From Eubacteriales bacterium (GTDB taxonomy: Bacteria > Bacillota > Clostridia > Tissierellales > Dethiosulfatibacteraceae), in the NCBI GenBank assembly GCA_046482875.1, contig JAWOEG010000019.1:9605-73604 (forward strand): a stretch of 64,000 bases of DNA, in the 5' to 3' direction. The notes beneath the pieces were generated by a model. The model was given only the letters and a program-made list of their open reading frames with translations. It was not told the DNA's origin and did no database searches. Below are positions 28,742 through 37,576 of this stretch, in pieces. The position numbers and the translations under genes are program-made. The stretch's first letter is position 1; the number at the start of each line of letters is the position of its first letter.

Positions 28742-30841
28742 TTAAAGTAAATTACTGTAGATTAAATAACCGTTTTTACCTGATTTTTTAACTGAATACA
28801 TGGCTTCATCAGCTTTTTTGAAAAGTTCATTTCTACTTTTACCATTTTCAGGATATATTGAGATTCCAATAGAAGCCCCAATAGTACATACGCCTTGAGA
28901 AATTATATATTTATTTGTTACGGATTCATGGATTTTTTCCATAATTGCTTCCAAATCTTTTAGGTTTCCATATTCAGGTATAATTACTATAAATTCGTCT
29001 CCGGATAATCTTCCCACTAATGAGTTATCTGGCGCTGAATTTTTTAAACGCTTAGCAAAGGTTGCTATTACAATATCTCCTGCTAAATGTCCGTAAGTGT
29101 CATTAACAGGTTTAAAATTGTCTAAGTCCAGAATGGCTACTGCAAATTTAGACTGAGAAAACATAATAGACATATTATCATAAATACCTCTCCTATTGAA
29201 AATTTGAGTTAGTTGATCATAGTTGGATATAAGCTTAAGTTCTTTTTGGAAGATCCTATTTTCTGTAACATCTCTACCAATTATGTAAATATACTGTTTT
29301 TTATTAACTTTTACCATATAATGCTTAAATTGAATATATTTTTTGTGATTGTTAAAACTAAGTATTGTGCTGAAAGAATTATAATTAGATAAATTAGGGA
29401 TTAGTTTGTGAAACCACCAATCTTTATTTATATCTGGATGCTGATTATAATAGCAACAGGTAAAATTATCATTAATATTAAATGTTTCTTTTGCTTTATT
29501 ATTTGCATAAATGAGACTTCCGCTTAAATCAGTTAATATAACTTCGTCGCTTAATTTCTCCATAGAAGCAGATGCTATATCACTAACTTTAGGAATATAA
29601 TAATCGGTGATATCCAAAATATAGCCGTAATCACCAATGAAACCTGAATTTGACCTATCTTGAATAATTCCTAAGATTTTAAAATAATTATCATTATGGA
29701 ATCCTCTAGCTTTAGTTAGAGTATTAAATTTTTCTATATAAGGATCCTTAGATATGGTTGTTGATTCATAATTTTCTATAAAGTTTTTTTTGTCTAAAAC
29801 ACTAAAAAAATCTTCGGAAGATACTGTTTTGTTTTCAAATTCACTGAAAAGAAGATAAGATGCACCTTTAGATAATTCCACTAAATTATTTTCCTCATCA
29901 TATTCATATATTCCAAAATCTGAATGTTCCTGAAGAACATTAGAAATCGAACTTTTTTCTAAAGATTTAGTATAGTTTGATTTTAGATTAAAAACAACAG
30001 AAACACCAATTATATTTGAGTCAACTTTTATAGGAAATATCTTGTATTTTAATGTTAATAAAACATCTTTTATTCTTATGTTTTCATAATCAGCTGACTG
30101 AATGTGTTCATCCTGATATGCATTAGACAATCCTTCAAGAAGTTTTATATTGTTGCTGTAATTTTGTATAATATCGTTAAAATTCAAACCTTGATCCATA
30201 TCAAGGTTTAGTAATTGAGAAGAGGATTTATTGAAATATGTTATAGTTCTATTTCCATTTAAAATTAGAATGCTTGAATCTAAATTGTCAATAACATTAA
30301 ATATCAATGGGTTTTTTTTCATATCAAATATAGAAAATAAATCTTCAAATGGATATATGTTTAACTTACAGTAATTTTCATTCTGTATTTCGATCTCAGA
30401 AGGCATAATTAAATATGTTGAGTGAATATTATTAAAGTCTGATATAAAAATTGAAGGCTTTTGTTTTGCTGAAAGTTCTGTAATAATAGAACAATCTAAA
30501 TCTTTAAATAAATCACTTAATAATAAATTTTTAAAATTGTTGATATTAAATAAATTACTACAGGATTTATTCATAAAGTGAATTTTTAACCCTTGAGAAA
30601 ATATCATAGGATTTGAAGACTTATCAAAAAAATCTTTAACAATATATAACTCGTTTTTAATAATATGTTTCTTATAAATAAAATTGAGTCCAATTAGGAT
30701 TATTATATTGATAATAATAAATAAAAGAAAATAGTAAGAATCAAACCAACCCTTAATATAAGAGATTAAGTTTAATAGTAAATTTATGAATATGATTAAA
30801 TAAATTGAACTAAAGTAGAATTTTCTAGATTTTATATTCAC
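28742..30841 (-). CDS. membrane-anchored multi-PAS sensor diguanylate cyclase (GGDEF domain with SGDEF active-site variant)
   Basis: 699 aa. There are two N-terminal TM helices and a long PAS-like sensory region. The C-terminal GGDEF domain has DNFKPVNDTYGHLAGD and RLSGDEFIVI. GTG start with GGGAGGG upstream. Confidence 0.8.
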   Translation of the reverse strand: MNIKSRKFYFSSIYLIIFINLLLNLISYIKGWFDSYYFLLFIIINIIILIGLNFIYKKHIIKNELYIVKDFFDKSSNPMIFSQGLKIHFMNKSCSNLFNINNFKNLLLSDLFKDLDCSIITELSAKQKPSIFISDFNNIHSTYLIMPSEIEIQNENYCKLNIYPFEDLFSIFDMKKNPLIFNVIDNLDSSILILNGNRTITYFNKSSSQLLNLDMDQGLNFNDIIQNYSNNIKLLEGLSNAYQDEHIQSADYENIRIKDVLLTLKYKIFPIKVDSNIIGVSVVFNLKSNYTKSLEKSSISNVLQEHSDFGIYEYDEENNLVELSKGASYLLFSEFENKTVSSEDFFSVLDKKNFIENYESTTISKDPYIEKFNTLTKARGFHNDNYFKILGIIQDRSNSGFIGDYGYILDITDYYIPKVSDIASASMEKLSDEVILTDLSGSLIYANNKAKETFNINDNFTCCYYNQHPDINKDWWFHKLIPNLSNYNSFSTILSFNNHKKYIQFKHYMVKVNKKQYIYIIGRDVTENRIFQKELKLISNYDQLTQIFNRRGIYDNMSIMFSQSKFAVAILDLDNFKPVNDTYGHLAGDIVIATFAKRLKNSAPDNSLVGRLSGDEFIVIIPEYGNLKDLEAIMEKIHESVTNKYIISQGVCTIGASIGISIYPENGKSRNELFKKADEAMYSVKKSGKNGYLIYSNLL

Positions 30842-30962
30842 GTGACCCTCCCAGCATTGTTATAAATATAATATCAAAAAACAAGAAAAAAATACAGTAA
30901 TCTATTAAAAAAAGTTAATAAAAATGATATAATTACAAATAAATAGTTTTGGAGGAGAGAAA

Positions 30963-31460
30963 ATGGAAGTAAAATATAATGAATATTTAGACCAAGTAAT
31001 GGAAGAATTGTCAGGAGAAGGCATCTTTCTAACTGCAAAAAATAAGGAAAAAGTAAATACCATGACTATTGGATGGGGATTTGTAGGAATTATGTGGAAC
31101 AAGCCTGTTTTTATTGCTGCAGTTAGGTATTCAAGACATACTTATGAAATCTTAGAGGATACTGACGAATTTACAGTGAGTATTCCTAAAAAAGGTCAAA
31201 TGAAAGATGAACTTTTAAAATGCGGTACTAAATCAGGTCGAGATTATGATAAATTCAAAGAATTTAATATAGAGACTGAAGAATCTTTAAAATTAAAAAC
31301 ACCACTTATTAAAGATTGTGATTTGCATTATGAATGTAAGATAATTTACAGACAGACATTAGAAGCCGAACTTATAAAAAATAAAGATATAAAATCCAAA
31401 TACAAGGATCATGATTATCATGCTATGATATACGGAGAGATAGTTTCATGTCATAAATAG
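30963..31460 (+). CDS. flavin reductase-like (FMN-binding split-barrel) protein
   Basis: 165 aa. The pattern GIFLTAKNKEKVNTMTIGWG...AAVRYSRHTYEIL...EFTVSIP is typical of the flavin reductase-like domain family. Confidence 0.7.
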   Translation: MEVKYNEYLDQVMEELSGEGIFLTAKNKEKVNTMTIGWGFVGIMWNKPVFIAAVRYSRHTYEILEDTDEFTVSIPKKGQMKDELLKCGTKSGRDYDKFKEFNIETEESLKLKTPLIKDCDLHYECKIIYRQTLEAELIKNKDIKSKYKDHDYHAMIYGEIVSCHK

Positions 31461-31472
31461 GAGAGATAGATA

Positions 31473-32837
31473 TTGGCTAAATTAAAAACAACATTTATAT
31501 GTCAAGAATGTGGTTATGAATCACCAAAGTGGATGGGAAAATGTCCCGGGTGTAATAGCTGGAATACATTCGTTGAAGAAGTAGTTGATAAAAAAACTAA
31601 AAAAAATACACGAGGAATAAGTTCAAATAAAGTACTAAAGCTAAAAGATATTGAAATAAAGGATGAAAAAAGAATATCTACTAAATATCTTGAACTTGAT
31701 AGAGTTTTAGGTGGAGGCATCGTAAATAGCTCACTTGTTTTAGTAGGAGGAGATCCTGGGATAGGAAAGTCTACCCTATTAATGCAAACAGGAGATAAAG
31801 TAGCCCGGCAGGGACTAAAAGTACTATATGTTACAGGAGAAGAATCTGCAAGACAGATAAAAATTAGAGCCCAACGTCTGGAAATGAATAGCGATAATAT
31901 TTATATACTGGCGGAAACCAATGTTGACCATATTTTAAAAAATATCGAAAATTTAAAACCAGACCTTCTTATTTTGGATTCAATCCAAACTATATATAAT
32001 CCTGATATTACTTCAGCTCCTGGAAGTGTAAGTCAGGTTAAGGAAATAACATCGACTATAATGAGAACTACTAAAAGTTCTAATATGTCAACATTTATAG
32101 TAGGGCATGTTACAAAGCAAGGATCTATAGCAGGACCAAGGGTTCTTGAACATATGGTGGATACAGTTTTATACTTTGAAGGAGATACCCAGCACTCTTA
32201 TAGAATTCTTAGAGCTGTAAAAAACAGATACGGTTCAACTAATGAAGTAGGAGTATTTGAAATGAGGGATTCTGGGTTGGAAGAGGTAATTAATCCTTCA
32301 AGCTTTTTTTTGGAAAGTAGGACAGAAAATTCCTACGGAAGTGTCATTACAGCGAGCATGGAAGGTACAAGGCCTCTTCTTTTAGAAATTCAAGCACTAA
32401 TTTCATATTCTTCTTTTGGAGTTCCAAGAAGAGTTACTACAGGAGTCGACCATAGTAGAGCGGCAATGCTCATGGCGGTGTTAGAAAAAAAAGCTGGTAT
32501 ACAGCTTCAAAATACAGATGCCTACATAAATGTAATAGGAGGTATGCAGGTAAAAGAGACAGCTGTGGACCTAGCTATTATTTGTTCTATAGCATCAAGC
32601 TTTAGAGAAATAAGAATAGACTCTAACACCATAATAATAGGCGAGGTCGGTCTCTCGGGGGAAGTAAGAGGAGTTAAAGATGTTGAAAAACGTATAGGAG
32701 AAGCACATAAAATGGGATTTAAAAGAGCTTTGGTTCCATATGCTAATAAAAAGAATTTAAAAAATATATGTAAAGAATTAGAACTTGAAATAATAAAAGT
32801 CAAAAACATAGAAGAGGCATTAAAAGCAATTTTGTAG
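31473..32837 (+). CDS. radA: DNA repair protein RadA/Sms
   Basis: TTG start. N-terminal zinc finger CQECGYESPKWMGKCPGCNSWNT, Walker A GGDPGIGKST, the KNRYG motif (AVKNRYGSTNE) and a C-terminal Lon-like domain. Confidence 0.95.
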   Translation: MAKLKTTFICQECGYESPKWMGKCPGCNSWNTFVEEVVDKKTKKNTRGISSNKVLKLKDIEIKDEKRISTKYLELDRVLGGGIVNSSLVLVGGDPGIGKSTLLMQTGDKVARQGLKVLYVTGEESARQIKIRAQRLEMNSDNIYILAETNVDHILKNIENLKPDLLILDSIQTIYNPDITSAPGSVSQVKEITSTIMRTTKSSNMSTFIVGHVTKQGSIAGPRVLEHMVDTVLYFEGDTQHSYRILRAVKNRYGSTNEVGVFEMRDSGLEEVINPSSFFLESRTENSYGSVITASMEGTRPLLLEIQALISYSSFGVPRRVTTGVDHSRAAMLMAVLEKKAGIQLQNTDAYINVIGGMQVKETAVDLAIICSIASSFREIRIDSNTIIIGEVGLSGEVRGVKDVEKRIGEAHKMGFKRALVPYANKKNLKNICKELELEIIKVKNIEEALKAIL

Positions 32838-32917
32838 CCTTGATAAAATGCGGGAAAAAGTTTTCATAAATTAATTGACATACTTCATCAATGATGATAG
32901 AATTAGATTTTGACAAC

Positions 32918-32946
32918 TTGACAACTAAACAATTATGATGTATAAT
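32918..32946 (+). promoter_or_regulatory. sigma-A promoter (extended -10) upstream of carD
   Basis: TTGACA (32918-32923), a 17-nt spacer, then TGTATAAT with TATAAT at 32941-32946. Further TTGACA hexamers lie upstream at 32910-32915 and at 32875-32880, the latter paired with TAGAAT at 32898-32903. Confidence 0.6.
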
Positions 32947-32964
32947 GTATTTTGGAGGTATTTT

Positions 32965-33447
32965 ATGTATAGACTAGGAGATAAGATTGTGTACCCTATG
33001 CATGGAGCAGGGGTAATAGAATCTGTGGAAGAGAAAGAAGTTCTTGGAGAAAAGAAAAAGTATTTTATAATCAAAATGCCTGTAAATGAAATGAAGCTTA
33101 TGATTCCCGTTGATAACGTTGAAAATATAGGCGTAAGAAAGATTATTTCAAACTCTGAAGTAAAAGAAGTATTTGATATTTTAAAAGAAGATTCAAATTT
33201 AAATAAAATGAATTGGAATAAAAGATATAGAGCAAATATGGATAGAATGAAAAGCGGGGATATTTTTGAAGTAGCTAGGATTGTAAGAAGTCTTACATTT
33301 AGAGACCAAGAGAAGGGCCTATCTACAGGAGAAAAAAAAATGCTGAGTAATGCAAAACAAATTCTCATAAGTGAATTAATTCTAGCAGAAGATTCTTCAA
33401 GTGAAGAAGTAGAAACAAGGATAAATAAGATTATTTCTGAAAATTAG
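32965..33447 (+). CDS. carD: CarD/CdnL family RNA polymerase-binding transcription regulator
   Basis: MYRLGDKIVYPMHGAGVIESVEEKEVLGEKKKYFIIKMP is the typical CarD N-terminal Tudor-like RID domain. The start is placed at ATG 32965, behind GGAGG. The track start 32935 lies inside the promoter -10 region. Confidence 0.88.
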   Translation: MYRLGDKIVYPMHGAGVIESVEEKEVLGEKKKYFIIKMPVNEMKLMIPVDNVENIGVRKIISNSEVKEVFDILKEDSNLNKMNWNKRYRANMDRMKSGDIFEVARIVRSLTFRDQEKGLSTGEKKMLSNAKQILISELILAEDSSSEEVETRINKIISEN

Positions 33448-33475
33448 GATTATTCCTAATTTTCTTTCTTTTTTA
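33441..33475 (+). terminator. rho-independent terminator after carD
   Basis: Stem AAATTAGGA (33441-33449) / TCCTAATTT (33454-33462), followed by a T-rich tract TCTTTCTTTTTT. It overlaps the carD stop. Confidence 0.6.
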
Positions 33476-33578
33476 ATAAAAAAATTAAAGAAAAATCATA
33501 AAATTTTAAGGAAAAATAAAGTAATAACTGGTATAATGAATTAAGGTTATTAAATTAATTACTTTAGGAGGTGACTAA

Positions 33579-34652
33579 TTGCTAAGTAAAATTATAAGAT
33601 TAATAATGACATTAATAGGAATACTCTTTGGAGTAGGAATTTCAGTTCTTATTGATAGTTTTGGACTTCTAGATTTCATTAGTGTGGATCATGTTTATAT
33701 TTATATTATATTTGGAATTATATTTGGAATTTTACTATTTATACTAACACCTAACTTGAAAAAACTAGGAGAAAAAATTAGTGATAATTTTGAAACTGAA
33801 TTATTGAAATTTCAGACAAATGATATAATATTAGGAGCTGTAGGTCTAATTATTGGATTGATAATAGCTTTTTTGATAAGTCAACCATTATATAATTTAG
33901 ACATTAAGTTTTTAGGAACAGCAGCTTCAGTTCTTGTATACCTATTTTTCGGATATTTAGGAATTAATATAGCAACAAGAAAAAAAGATGAAATTAGTTT
34001 GACTGTAGGATCAAAGTTTAGCATAGGTTCTTCAAGTAAATCTAAAAAATCAACAAACAAAGCAACGCCTAAAATACTAGATACAAGCGTTATAATTGAT
34101 GGTAGAATTGCTGACATATGTAGAACTGGGTTTATAGAAGGAACTTTGATTATTCCAGAGTTTGTACTAAAAGAATTAAGACATATTGCTGATTCTGCTG
34201 ATGGGTTAAAGAGAAATAGAGGAAGAAGAGGACTGGATATACTAAACAAACTTCAGAATGAAGAAATAATTAATGTGAAAATTGACTCTAGTGACTTTCC
34301 AGAAGTATCAGAAGTAGATATAAAACTACTTAAACTTGCTGAAATGGTTAAAGGAAAAGTATTAACAAACGACTTTAATTTAAATAAAGTAGCAGAATTT
34401 CAGGGAGTTGAGGTTTTGAACATAAACGAACTAGCAAATGCAGTAAAGCCTGTTGTACTTCCAGGTGAAGTAATGACACTCCAGTTAATAAGAGAAGGGA
34501 AAGAATCGGGCCAGGGATTGGCATATTTAGATGATGGAACTATGATTGTAGTAGAAGGTGGTAAAAAATACATAGGTGAAACTATTCAAGTTGTAGTTAC
34601 AAGCGTACTACAAACAGCAGCTGGAAGAATGATATTCGCTAAGAAAAAATAA
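33579..34652 (+). CDS. yacL: PIN/TRAM domain membrane protein (YacL-like)
   Basis: TTG start behind GGAGG. It has N-terminal TM helices, a PIN domain (ILDTSVIIDGRI, VLTNDFNLNKVA) and a C-terminal TRAM domain. It lies upstream of ispD-ispF, as in Bacillus. Confidence 0.85.
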   Translation: MLSKIIRLIMTLIGILFGVGISVLIDSFGLLDFISVDHVYIYIIFGIIFGILLFILTPNLKKLGEKISDNFETELLKFQTNDIILGAVGLIIGLIIAFLISQPLYNLDIKFLGTAASVLVYLFFGYLGINIATRKKDEISLTVGSKFSIGSSSKSKKSTNKATPKILDTSVIIDGRIADICRTGFIEGTLIIPEFVLKELRHIADSADGLKRNRGRRGLDILNKLQNEEIINVKIDSSDFPEVSEVDIKLLKLAEMVKGKVLTNDFNLNKVAEFQGVEVLNINELANAVKPVVLPGEVMTLQLIREGKESGQGLAYLDDGTMIVVEGGKKYIGETIQVVVTSVLQTAAGRMIFAKKK

Positions 34653-34693
34653 AGATTTTGGATATCCAAAATCTTTTTTTATAGAGAGGTATT

Positions 34694-35389
34694 ATGGATA
34701 GAAAAAAAATAGCAGTAATAACGGCTGCTGGAAAAGGCATTAGGTTAAGAAAAGATATTAAAAAGCAGTATATAAAAATTAATGAAAAACCCATTATATA
34801 TCATACTATTAAAGTTTTTAATGATGCTGATTTTATAGATGCTATTGTAATAGTGGCTGATAGAGATAATCTCCAGTACGTAAAAAATGAAATAATAGAT
34901 AGATATAATTTTTCTAAAGTAATAGATGTAGTGGAAGGTGGAATTACGAGAAAAGATTCTGTACGTAATGGCTTCAATAGAATTCAAGATAAAGAAAGTA
35001 TAATTATTATTCATGATGGAGTACGTCCCTTCATAGATGAAAAGACTATTTTGAGATCAATTGAGGTTGCTGAAGAAAAGGATGGTGCAGTTGTAGCTAT
35101 TAAGAGCAGTGATACTATAAAGATTGTTAATAATACAAAAGTAGAAAAAACCTTAGATAGAAAGAATCTTAGAAGAATTCAAACACCTCAAACATTTAGG
35201 TATGAAGTTTTAGAGAGGGGATATTCAGCGGTTAAATGGCAGGATAACAGAATAACCGATGAGTCATACATAGTAGAGTCTGCAGGATTTGATGTATATA
35301 TAGTAGAAGGTAGTGAGACAAATATAAAGATTACTACTGAGTTCGATTTACAATTTGCTGAATTTTTATTTAATAGGGAGAGATTATGA
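34694..35389 (+). CDS. ispD: 2-C-methyl-D-erythritol 4-phosphate cytidylyltransferase
   Basis: 231 aa with N-terminal AVITAAGKGIRL, plus IHDGVRPF and RIQTPQTF motifs. Confidence 0.93.
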   Translation: MDRKKIAVITAAGKGIRLRKDIKKQYIKINEKPIIYHTIKVFNDADFIDAIVIVADRDNLQYVKNEIIDRYNFSKVIDVVEGGITRKDSVRNGFNRIQDKESIIIIHDGVRPFIDEKTILRSIEVAEEKDGAVVAIKSSDTIKIVNNTKVEKTLDRKNLRRIQTPQTFRYEVLERGYSAVKWQDNRITDESYIVESAGFDVYIVEGSETNIKITTEFDLQFAEFLFNRERL

Positions 35390-35859
35390 AAATTGGTATA
35401 GGATACGATGTTCATGAATTAGTCCCAGATAGAGATTTGATGATTGGTGGGATTAAAATAGAACATCCAAAAGGATTAAAAGGTCATTCAGATGGTGACG
35501 TACTTTTACATGCTGTAATAGATGCTTTATTAGGAGCCTTAGGAAAAGAGGATATAGGTACTTTATTTCCGGATAATGATACAAAGTACAAGGATATTGA
35601 CAGTAAAATACTTCTAGAGGAAGCTAATAAATTAATGAAAGAATCTAAATTTAAAGTAGGTAATTTAGATTGTATTATAATAGCTGAAAGACCTAAAATG
35701 AGTGAGCATATAAGCAAAATGAAGTCAATCATATCCAAAATATTAAAAACATCAGAAAAAAACATTAATATAAAAGCAACCACTACAGAAGGATTAGGAT
35801 TTACAGGTAGAGAAGAAGGAATAGCTGCACAATGCGTCCTACTTCTTGACAATAAGTAG
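35386..35859 (+). CDS. ispF: 2-C-methyl-D-erythritol 2,4-cyclodiphosphate synthase
   Basis: 157 aa with IGIGYDVHEL, GHSDGDVLLHAV and ATTTEGLGFTGREEGI motifs. Confidence 0.95.
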   Translation: MKIGIGYDVHELVPDRDLMIGGIKIEHPKGLKGHSDGDVLLHAVIDALLGALGKEDIGTLFPDNDTKYKDIDSKILLEEANKLMKESKFKVGNLDCIIIAERPKMSEHISKMKSIISKILKTSEKNINIKATTTEGLGFTGREEGIAAQCVLLLDNK

Positions 35860-35889
35860 AAATTTTAGTAAACTTTTATAAATGAATAT

Positions 35890-36092
35890 AATAGCTATGA
35901 GAAGAATAGTAGATAGTACATGTCTAAAGAGAGGAAATGATGCTGGAAATTTTCCGACCTCTGTATTATTGAACCTAACTTTGAGCTTTCAGGCAAACCT
36001 GAACGGTAGTACCGATATAACTAAGAGTGACTTGTAAAAGAGTAACTAGAGTGGTACCGCGGATATCCGCCTCTTGATGGAGGCGGTTTTTT
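35890..36092 (+). promoter_or_regulatory. T-box riboswitch leader, Pro-specific (CCU specifier)
   Basis: Stem I has AGAGAGG and GCTGGAA elements. The specifier-loop context is TTGAA-CCT-A, with CCT at 35974-35976. The T-box sequence AACTAGAGTGGTACCGCGG lies at 36044-36062. The terminator is CCGCCTC (36067-36073) / GAGGCGG (36080-36086) plus TTTTTT. proS lies downstream. Confidence 0.88.
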
Positions 36093-36117
36093 AATACTAA
36101 AAATAAAGGAGTAGGAT

Positions 36118-37560
36118 ATGGGTAAAAAGAAAAGTTTTGTAAAAGAAATAACACCAATGGAAGAAGACTTTGCTAGATGGTATACGGACATTATTATTAA
36201 AAATGAATTAGTAGATTATTCTCCAGTTAAAGGGTTTATGGTTATTAGACCATATGGGTATGCTTTATGGGAGAAGATACAGGGATTTGCAGATAGAAGA
36301 TTTAAAGAGACAGGTCATAAAAATTGTTATTTTCCACTGCTTATACCTGAAAGTTTATTAAATAAAGAAAAAGATCATGTAGAAGGATTTGCTCCAGAAG
36401 TGGCATGGGTAACTCACGGAGGAAGTGAAAAGCTTGGAGAAAGATTATGCGTAAGACCGACCTCTGAAACAATCATATGTAACATGTACAGTAAATGGTT
36501 AAATTCATACAGAGACTTGCCTTACCTATATAATCAGTGGTGTTCAGTAGTTAGATGGGAAAAATCTACTAGACCCTTTTTGAGAACTTCAGAATTCTTA
36601 TGGCAGGAAGGGCATACCCTTCACGAAACTAATGAAGAAGCTCAAGAAGAAACCCTACAAATGCTTGATATATATAGAGAAGTAGCTGAGGATTTACTGG
36701 CTATACCTGTTATTACCGGTAAAAAGAGTGAAAGTGAAAAATTTGCAGGAGCAGAGTCTACTTATACAATGGAAGCTATGATGCACGATGGACAGGCTCT
36801 TCAGTCCGGTACATCTCATAATTTATCACAGCATTTTACTAAGGCATTTGACATAAAATATTTAGGAAGAGATGGAAAAGAGCATTATCCTTACCATACA
36901 TCCTGGGGAATATCCACAAGATTGATAGGTGGATTAATAATGGTCCACAGCGATAACAGAGGACTTGTATTACCTCCAAGAGTAGCACCAACTCAAGTTG
37001 TTATTATACCTATAGCTATGAAGAAAGAAGGAGTACTTGAAAAAGCAGAAGAACTTTATGAAAGTTTAAAGGCAAGAGGAATAAGAGTAGAGCTAGATGA
37101 TGATCCTAAAGAATCTCCTGGTTGGAAATTTAATCAATATGAAATGAAGGGATATCCTATTAGAATAGAAATAGGACCTAGAGACATTAAAAATAATAGT
37201 GCTATTATGGCAAGAAGAGACACTTTTGATAAAGAGAAGATTTCTCTGGATAATTTTTCAGAAACTGTCCTAGATACATTAGATACAATGCAGCAGGATT
37301 TATTCAATAAAGCTAAGAAATTTAGAGAAGATAATACATTTGAAGTAAAATCTTATGAAGAATACAAAGCTCATGTAAAAGATAAAAAAGGTTTTGGAAA
37401 AGCAATGTGGTGTGGAAGTAAAGAATGTGAAGCTAAATTGAAAGAAGAAACTGGAGCTACTATTAGGTGCATACCTTTTGAACAGGAAAAAACCAGCGAC
37501 ACATGTCATTTATGCGGTAAAGAAGCAAAGCATATGATTTACATAGCTAAAGCTTATTAA
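36118..37560 (+). CDS. proS: proline--tRNA ligase, archaeal/eukaryote-like type (no INS editing domain)
   Basis: 480 aa. The N-terminus FARWYTDIIIKNELVDYSPVKGFMVIRPYGYALWE is typical of this type. Class II motifs are present (RPTSET, FLRTSEFLWQEGHT). The C-terminal Cys-rich Zn domain ends in ...IAKAY, the terminal Tyr characteristic of this ProRS type. Confidence 0.93.
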   Translation: MGKKKSFVKEITPMEEDFARWYTDIIIKNELVDYSPVKGFMVIRPYGYALWEKIQGFADRRFKETGHKNCYFPLLIPESLLNKEKDHVEGFAPEVAWVTHGGSEKLGERLCVRPTSETIICNMYSKWLNSYRDLPYLYNQWCSVVRWEKSTRPFLRTSEFLWQEGHTLHETNEEAQEETLQMLDIYREVAEDLLAIPVITGKKSESEKFAGAESTYTMEAMMHDGQALQSGTSHNLSQHFTKAFDIKYLGRDGKEHYPYHTSWGISTRLIGGLIMVHSDNRGLVLPPRVAPTQVVIIPIAMKKEGVLEKAEELYESLKARGIRVELDDDPKESPGWKFNQYEMKGYPIRIEIGPRDIKNNSAIMARRDTFDKEKISLDNFSETVLDTLDTMQQDLFNKAKKFREDNTFEVKSYEEYKAHVKDKKGFGKAMWCGSKECEAKLKEETGATIRCIPFEQEKTSDTCHLCGKEAKHMIYIAKAY

Positions 37561-37576
37561 AGAAAAGGTGATTTAA

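Noticed and set aside
32925-33368. 147-aa minus-strand ORF, representative of many antisense ORFs in the track (for example 2337-2639, 3060-3365, 17047-17463, 20976-21404, 33881-34249, 35484-35852, 38749-39123, 41258-41770, 48633-49004, 54895-55385, 60215-60421)
   Set aside because: Each one mirrors a plus- or minus-strand gene with clear family signatures. Their translations are Ser/Phe/Ile/Leu-rich low-complexity strings without motifs or RBS, so they are shadow ORFs.
33425-33439. CodY-box-like sequence TTATTTCTGAAAATT at the end of carD
   Set aside because: It matches only about 12 of 15 positions of AATTTTCWGAAAATT. It lies inside a coding region and terminator stem in a very AT-rich genome, so it is probably a chance match.
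35975-36157. 60-aa minus-strand ORF
   Set aside because: It overlaps the proS T-box leader, terminator and proS start, so it is an artefact of the structured leader.
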